Positions 49,905 through 55,534 of a stretch of DNA of 55,534 nucleotides are shown piece by piece; position 1 is the first letter of the stretch, and every line of letters starts with the position of its first letter. A program made the position numbers and the translations under genes. The notes beneath the pieces were generated by a model. The model was not told the DNA's origin, made no database searches, and saw nothing but the letters and a program-made list of their open reading frames with translations. Source of the DNA: Pseudomonadota bacterium (GTDB taxonomy: Bacteria > Pseudomonadota > Alphaproteobacteria > Rhizobiales > Rhizobiaceae); the NCBI GenBank assembly GCA_038530365.1, contig JBCBCT010000002.1, positions 1-55,534 on the forward strand, in the 5' to 3' direction.

Positions 49905-51464
49905 GTGATCGACGCCCCAGATACAACAGGCAGCACCACAGCCTCCAATACGATCCATTGGCAGCGCGATGCCAAAACTGACAGTGCGCCGATCATCAAG
50001 TTCGGCTTCTGGTCGATTGGTGCTGCGTTCCTCATCTTTTTGATTTGGGCGAGCTTTTTCCAGTTGAGCTCCGCGGTTGTGACCCTTGGAACCGTCACCT
50101 CCGATGGGCGAAACAAAATGGTCCAACACCCCACTGGTGGGCGCGTGCGGGCCATTCGTGTTCTAGAAGGTGCCTTGGTGGCCCAAGGGCAGCCACTGCT
50201 GGAGCTAGATGCGGGCGTTGTCCGGGCCGAATTGACCCAGATGGAAGCGCGGCTTGCCTCTTTGACGGCTTTGAAAGCGCGGTTGGACGCGCAGCGCTCC
50301 GGTGGTGAGCGCGGCATGGCTCGACGCTCCAACGTGGGGGGAACAACCACCAGTGCATCGGCGGTTCAAACAGGCCCGAAACCCATGGTCTTGGGACGGT
50401 TTGAACTTCGCGGCACCGAAGCCAAACGGCGTCTTGCGCCCCGGGACTTGCCGCTGGCCGGGGGCAATGTCGTGGGCCTGCGGGGCATCGCTGGCAACTC
50501 GTTTATCCTTCCCGCCACCAATCTGGCCGGGAAGCCCGCAGCCGAAGCGCCGCCGGCGTTTGACCGGGAGATTTTTGCCAGCGAACGGGCTGCTTTTGAA
50601 GCCAATCGCCGCCTGATGAGCGAACAGATGGCAGCGCTTCAACGCAAAATTGACACCCTTCAACAAAAGCGTCGCGGGCTTCTGGCACGGGTGCGGTCCC
50701 AACGGACACTCCTGTCGATGCATCGGCGTGAACTGGCGCGCATGCGCCCGCTGGCGCGGGAAGGCTATGTTGCGCGCAACCGGCTGAATGAGCGCGAAGG
50801 CACGATCCTTGAGCTTGAGGGCACGGTGACGAGCCTGGAACTCGATGCTGTTGGTGTCGAACATCAAATCGAAGAAGTGCGCGTTGAAATGCGCAAGGTG
50901 TCGGCTGAAAGTGCGGAAGCGGCATCGCAGCAATACGCCAAGATCATCGGCGAACTTGCAGAGCTGTCTGATAAATTGATCGCCGCGCGGGCCGCGGTGA
51001 AGGCAACCACCATCCGTGCCCCCATCGCAGGGCGGGTGACGAAGCTGTCAACCACCACCGTTGGTGGTGTGATCGGCGGTGGCGAAGTCATCGGCGAAAT
51101 CGTTCCAAAGGATGCACCACTTTTGGTGCAGGCGCGGGTGGAGCCGGCGGACATTGATTATGTCGACGTGGAGAGCACGGCCCAAATCGTGATCACGGCC
51201 TTCAGCCGCACCCTTGATGATACGCTGGACGGCAAAGTCGTCTACGTCGCCCCGGATTCCGAGATCGACGAAAAAACGGGAAATCGCTTTTTCATCGTTC
51301 GTCTTTCGGTGGCCGCGTCAAAAACCTCCGGCCACGGGCGCTTGAGCGATGTGCAGCCGGGGATGCAGGCGGAGGTCTACATCAACACCGGCGCCCGCAC
51401 GTTCATGTCGTATCTGGCCCGTCCGCTGACCGACAGTTTCAAGCGGGCGTTCCGGGAGCGTTAG
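49905..51464 (+). CDS. HlyD-family type I secretion membrane fusion protein
   Basis: Single TM, VQHPTGGRV...V.EG..V..GQPL, IRAPIAGRV, EIVP, PGMQAEVYINTGART; GTG at 49905 follows the ABC stop. Confidence 0.92.
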   Translation: MIDAPDTTGSTTASNTIHWQRDAKTDSAPIIKFGFWSIGAAFLIFLIWASFFQLSSAVVTLGTVTSDGRNKMVQHPTGGRVRAIRVLEGALVAQGQPLLELDAGVVRAELTQMEARLASLTALKARLDAQRSGGERGMARRSNVGGTTTSASAVQTGPKPMVLGRFELRGTEAKRRLAPRDLPLAGGNVVGLRGIAGNSFILPATNLAGKPAAEAPPAFDREIFASERAAFEANRRLMSEQMAALQRKIDTLQQKRRGLLARVRSQRTLLSMHRRELARMRPLAREGYVARNRLNEREGTILELEGTVTSLELDAVGVEHQIEEVRVEMRKVSAESAEAASQQYAKIIGELAELSDKLIAARAAVKATTIRAPIAGRVTKLSTTTVGGVIGGGEVIGEIVPKDAPLLVQARVEPADIDYVDVESTAQIVITAFSRTLDDTLDGKVVYVAPDSEIDEKTGNRFFIVRLSVAASKTSGHGRLSDVQPGMQAEVYINTGARTFMSYLARPLTDSFKRAFRER

Positions 51465-51749
51465 GAATGACACGTGTGTGTGGTGTGGAGCTAGGGACTT
51501 TGAATTGAATTGGTGAGGGGCGTTTAACGGAATGTTCCCGTTCAGCGCCCATTCTGCCTGCCATGCTTCCTTTGGCAGGGGTTTGAGTAAGCGTACCTCG
51601 CGCGATGTGTGCGGGAAAGTGAGTGTAGCGTGTTGGTTTTGCGTCGAGCTGGGGCGGATACTCCAGTTACAAGCGGGATAGGATCTGTATGCGGGCGTCG
51701 TTTCAAAACGCGTCGCTCTTTTGATCGTCCTTTGACCTATTGTGGATCA

Positions 51750-53357
51750 GTGCTTAAGCATTTGGTCTTGTCGGTGGCTGCCGCTGCTGTGGTGTTTCCT
51801 GCCCACGCCCTCGCTGAAGAACCGGCCGCCTTGCCGCTCCGCGGCGCGCTTGTTGATGGTAACCCACATACGCGTGCTTCAAGCCAAATTCAGGGTCCGT
51901 CTACTTCACACAATGGGCACGGCCTGCGGGGCAGCGGTGCCCACACCGACACAAAGCCGTCGCTTCGATCTGAAATTGTCGGCGCGTTGCGCACGTCGCG
52001 GCTTGGACTTGCGCCCCTGACGCAGTTTCCTGGAACGCTGCGCGGAACGGGCAGCGTGCTGCGGGACCGTGACGTCCCTTTGGTTGTTCCCGAACGACCG
52101 AGCCTCCGCCATGCGATGATGCGGGGTGAACTGCGTCATTCCGACCAGCTGTCAACGGGGCGCGTTGGAGGCGCTGTGGCGCTGGCTTTGCGGGGGAGCT
52201 ATGCTAACCGGGCCCTGCTGGAACGGGCGCAGGCGGATCGCGCCCGGGTTCGCGTGGCTGCCGGTGCCTTTCTGCCCAAGTTGATGCTGTCGTTGGATGG
52301 CAACCATACGGTTCGTCAGTCTGAAACCCAGCCGGATCAAACCGTGAATGGTGAGGTGCAGCTTTCTCTTTCACTGTACTCGAGCGGCGCCAAACGCAAT
52401 GCCGTCTACCAAGCTCAGAGCCTTAGCCTTGCATCAGACTATGCCTATCTTGCGGGCGAGCATAAAGTTGCCCTCGAAGCGATCGCAGCCCACATCAACT
52501 TGCGATTGAACCGGGCCGTGGAGCGCGCCCTCGACAAGAATGTGCGCGCTATGCAGCGCTTGGTACACATCGCCCGACGTCGCTATGAGGCTGGGGATGC
52601 CACCCGCACGGATATTGCGATTGCCCAAGGCAATCTGGAAGGCGCGAAGGCCGAACTCGATATCGCGCGCAAGAACAGCCGGGAAATTGCCGCCGACTAC
52701 AAGACCATCGTGGGTCGGCGGGCTCCTGCTCGCCTCGCTGTGGCCCATGCCGATGGTCTCGTTCCCCCCACCATTGAGGCGGCCGTTGCCTTGGCGCGCA
52801 AACACAACCCCGTTTTGAAAGCCGCGTTCCATTCCGCCGATGCAAGCGCTTATGCCGCGCGGGCCGAAAAGGGACGCTTTGGCCCGAAGGTCGATCTTTA
52901 CGGCGGATACACCCACGAGATGCACACCAATGCCACAACGCCAACGGAACCGGAGTGGAATGTGGGCGTGCGTCTGCGCGTCCCACTGGTTGATTTTACG
53001 GCCACGCCGTCTGTTGCAGCCGCCCGCCACGATGCGCTGGAAGCGGGCTACCGCGCCCTCGACCAGGAGAAGCGGATGATCAAGGCCATTACGCGCAAGC
53101 ATATCGCCTACAAAAGCGCGCTACGGCGCAGCCGAATTTCTGCACGGCAGGTGAAGGCCGTGGCGCGTAGCGTCACCGGCACACGGCGGGAATATCAGGC
53201 TGGCTTCCGTTCGATCACCGATGTCACCAATGGGCAGATCAAACTGACGCGGGCGCGCATTACCCAGATCACGGCTCTGCATGAACGGATGTTGTGCGGC
53301 TACGAGCTTGCCTTTGCGACCGGGCACCCCGACACGGCGCGGCTTGCGTTGGATTAA
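51750..53357 (+). CDS. TolC-family outer membrane protein with long N-terminal extension
   Basis: Signal peptide ending AHALA; FLPKL, RRYEAGDATRTDIAIAQ, HNPVL, FGPKVDL, EYQAGFRSITDV. Start uncertain. Confidence 0.85.
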   Translation: MLKHLVLSVAAAAVVFPAHALAEEPAALPLRGALVDGNPHTRASSQIQGPSTSHNGHGLRGSGAHTDTKPSLRSEIVGALRTSRLGLAPLTQFPGTLRGTGSVLRDRDVPLVVPERPSLRHAMMRGELRHSDQLSTGRVGGAVALALRGSYANRALLERAQADRARVRVAAGAFLPKLMLSLDGNHTVRQSETQPDQTVNGEVQLSLSLYSSGAKRNAVYQAQSLSLASDYAYLAGEHKVALEAIAAHINLRLNRAVERALDKNVRAMQRLVHIARRRYEAGDATRTDIAIAQGNLEGAKAELDIARKNSREIAADYKTIVGRRAPARLAVAHADGLVPPTIEAAVALARKHNPVLKAAFHSADASAYAARAEKGRFGPKVDLYGGYTHEMHTNATTPTEPEWNVGVRLRVPLVDFTATPSVAAARHDALEAGYRALDQEKRMIKAITRKHIAYKSALRRSRISARQVKAVARSVTGTRREYQAGFRSITDVTNGQIKLTRARITQITALHERMLCGYELAFATGHPDTARLALD

Positions 53358-53371
53358 GTGAGGACGAACCG

Positions 53372-55534
53372 ATGAGCACATCCAACGAGATTGCCGGACT
53401 GGAAGCCGTCGCTGTCGATGGCGGTTTGGTCTACCATGTGAGCGGCAATTCCACCGGCTATCAGTGGAAATTGTCTGCAAACGCTCCAGGCGTGTTGTGG
53501 ACGGATGATGCCTATTCGGTCCTGGACGACTGCGTCGGTCTGTCGTTTGCCGATGTAAATGTTGAACTTGGGGCCGACGGCGCAGTGCGGGTCGTGCCAA
53601 AGGGCGGGGGAAACTTTACCGAAACCATGGCTGAGGCGCCCAGATTTGCGCAGCCATCGCTGGATGAATTTGGTTTTGATCAACGTCGCCCATCCGTCGA
53701 GGATCAATTGACCGCAGCGACATTTGACGATGCCAGCCAAGCTGAATCCATCGACCTTGCCATTCCGGCCCAGTGGGATGATCTGAGCGCTGAGGTTAGC
53801 TTTGATGTTGCGTCCTTTTTGCCTGAAAACCTCTTGAATGAAGGTCTGCAGGTTAGCGTTGGCGGTCTGCCGCCGGGTTTGAGTTACAATGTTGCGCGGA
53901 TGCGGGTGGAGGGCCGGATCGCTGATGACGCGATGACCGGCCAGCCGTATCAGGTCAGCGTCATGTTGGGTCTGCCTGACGGTTCGATCTTGAAAACCGT
54001 GTTTCATTGGACCGTGCGCGATGCCAAGGCTGTGGATTCAGGAGCAAACCTAACCGCTGTTGTGCCGGCCTCCGGCAACCGTGATGAGGCTGCGTCTGCG
54101 GGGATTTTGATGTCCGTTGCCACCCATGGCGTTTTGGCGGCAACGTCTTTGTCCCTGGCGTCGCGGGCCGATGCGGCCGCCGCCGCAACGGCAGGACGGG
54201 CTTCGAAGTTTGAGGTCTCAGATCTTGGTTCATCCGCTGCTACGGCTGCCGCTGCTCGGGGCAACGGTTCGGGTGATCGGGGCGCCGGAATTGATAATCT
54301 CATCATAGGTTCAACCGTGCCCGGTGCGAATGGTGGCCGTCTAAGCCAGCGCAATGAAGAGACGGCGGCCAGCTTGGAATCCCGTGACGGCTCGCAGCAG
54401 GTCGATTCCAACGCGGGCGATGAAGATGATGATCTGGAGACACCGGCTAATGCGCCCTTGTCGTCCCAAGCCATTGCCGAGGGCTTCGACACATTTGACG
54501 GCGGTGGAGGAGGTACGGCCAACGCCCGTCCATTTGCCGGGACGCCTGCGCCGCAAACCGTTTTAGAGGAAACCCTCCGCGACGACATTAATGTTCTTTC
54601 GGCGGCTTTCGATGCGGATGGGGACACACTTTCCGTCGTCTCCGCCGAAGCCAACAACGGCCAAGTCGCCATACTTTCCGATGGACGGCTGAGCTACCTC
54701 CCAAATGAATTGTTTAACGGCACGGACACCATCACCTACCAAGTCAGCGATGGAAGAGGCGGAACGGATATCGGTCTGGTGACCGTTACAGTGTTGCCGG
54801 TGAACGATGACCCCACGGTAGGGGCCTTCGCAACGCAACCGACTTTGGAAGATGTTCCAATCCTCAACATCGACGTGTTGGCGAACGCGCTGGATGTGGA
54901 CAGTGCGATGTTGAGCGTCACCCAAGCGTCGGCCACCCATGGTGTTGTGACGATCAACCCTGATGGCACGCTGAGTTACCAGCCCAACCAAGATTACAAT
55001 GGACCGGATACGATCTCGTTTACGGTTTCCGATGGCGATGGAGGCACAGGGCTTGGCAGCGTTCCCATCACTGTGACACCGGAAAACGATGCCCCGAACC
55101 CTGGAACACCGGCGGCAGCAACGGTGGCCGAAGACAATCCGCTCCTGGCCTTGAACGTCTTGACGGCGGCAAGCGATGCCGATGGGGATACGGTGTCTGT
55201 CGTGCCCGGTTCGGTTAATGCGCTCTCCGGTGTGATCACCGAAAACCCCGATGGAACGTTCGATTATACGCCGGTTTTGAACTTCAACGGCGTCGACACC
55301 ATCACCTATGATATCACCGATGGAAGCGGGCTGACCTCCACCGGTTCGATGACGATTACCGTGACTCCGGTGAATGATGATCCCGTCTCCGGGGTGCCGG
55401 GCAATCTGACCACCGCTGAAGATACGGCCATCGCCTCTATCGACGTGTTGCAGTTTGCCAGCGACATTGATCTTGACGTGTTGGTGGTGAATCCAGCGTC
55501 CGTCACCGTCACCGTCCCATGTGTGGCGGCGACG
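53372..55534 (+). CDS. Large Ig-like/cadherin-like repeat protein (putative T1SS-secreted adhesin), partial
   Basis: Frame from ATG 53372 (GAGGA upstream) with no stop seen, which explains its absence from the ORF track. From ~54520, ~90-aa repeats: INVL..DADGDTL...NG.V....DG.LSY.PN..FNGTDTITY.VSDG.GG...VTV.PVNDDP. Confidence 0.88.
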   Translation, partial: MSTSNEIAGLEAVAVDGGLVYHVSGNSTGYQWKLSANAPGVLWTDDAYSVLDDCVGLSFADVNVELGADGAVRVVPKGGGNFTETMAEAPRFAQPSLDEFGFDQRRPSVEDQLTAATFDDASQAESIDLAIPAQWDDLSAEVSFDVASFLPENLLNEGLQVSVGGLPPGLSYNVARMRVEGRIADDAMTGQPYQVSVMLGLPDGSILKTVFHWTVRDAKAVDSGANLTAVVPASGNRDEAASAGILMSVATHGVLAATSLSLASRADAAAAATAGRASKFEVSDLGSSAATAAAARGNGSGDRGAGIDNLIIGSTVPGANGGRLSQRNEETAASLESRDGSQQVDSNAGDEDDDLETPANAPLSSQAIAEGFDTFDGGGGGTANARPFAGTPAPQTVLEETLRDDINVLSAAFDADGDTLSVVSAEANNGQVAILSDGRLSYLPNELFNGTDTITYQVSDGRGGTDIGLVTVTVLPVNDDPTVGAFATQPTLEDVPILNIDVLANALDVDSAMLSVTQASATHGVVTINPDGTLSYQPNQDYNGPDTISFTVSDGDGGTGLGSVPITVTPENDAPNPGTPAAATVAEDNPLLALNVLTAASDADGDTVSVVPGSVNALSGVITENPDGTFDYTPVLNFNGVDTITYDITDGSGLTSTGSMTITVTPVNDDPVSGVPGNLTTAEDTAIASIDVLQFASDIDLDVLVVNPASVTVTVPCVAAT

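Noticed and set aside
55500-55534. Apparent departure from the repeat pattern in the last ~30 bases
   Set aside because: Too close to the window edge to interpret; it may be a contig-end effect.

Overview
Alphaproteobacterial chromosome segment, probably Hyphomicrobiales (inferred from gene content and order). In order: (1) 1-8411, the conserved minus-strand cluster rplU-rpmA-GNAT-obgE-proB-proA-nadD-rsfS-rlmH-(envC-like, partial), interrupted by one plus-strand EEP-family gene. (2) An orphan membrane protein. (3) tRNA-Ser(CGA), preceded by three tandem copies of a hairpin + promoter-like + leader + tRNA-5'-end unit. (4) A ~10.2 kb island bounded by the tRNA 3' end and a degenerate copy of it. 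It has no intact integrase and carries a type I restriction-modification operon (hsdM, hsdS, hsdR) interleaved with a Fic gene, a stand-alone duplicate of the HsdM C-terminal tail, an Abi-like fragment and a DUF4268-type nuclease. (5) An idonate/5-ketogluconate/gluconate-type sugar-acid cluster with an ABC transporter and two LacI regulators. (6) An Fnr-type regulator, hemN, a hemerythrin-like gene and cbb3 oxidase ccoNOQP-ccoGHIS with FNR boxes. (7) Acyl-CoA synthetase, a perfect 28-bp inverted repeat and two c-type cytochromes. (8) A type I secretion system followed by a large Ig/cadherin-repeat protein that runs off the window end. The best candidates for something undescribed are the tRNA-fragment repeat array and the fic / mini-HsdM-tail cassette in the RM operon. 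All calls come from motif recognition by eye; no database searches were run.
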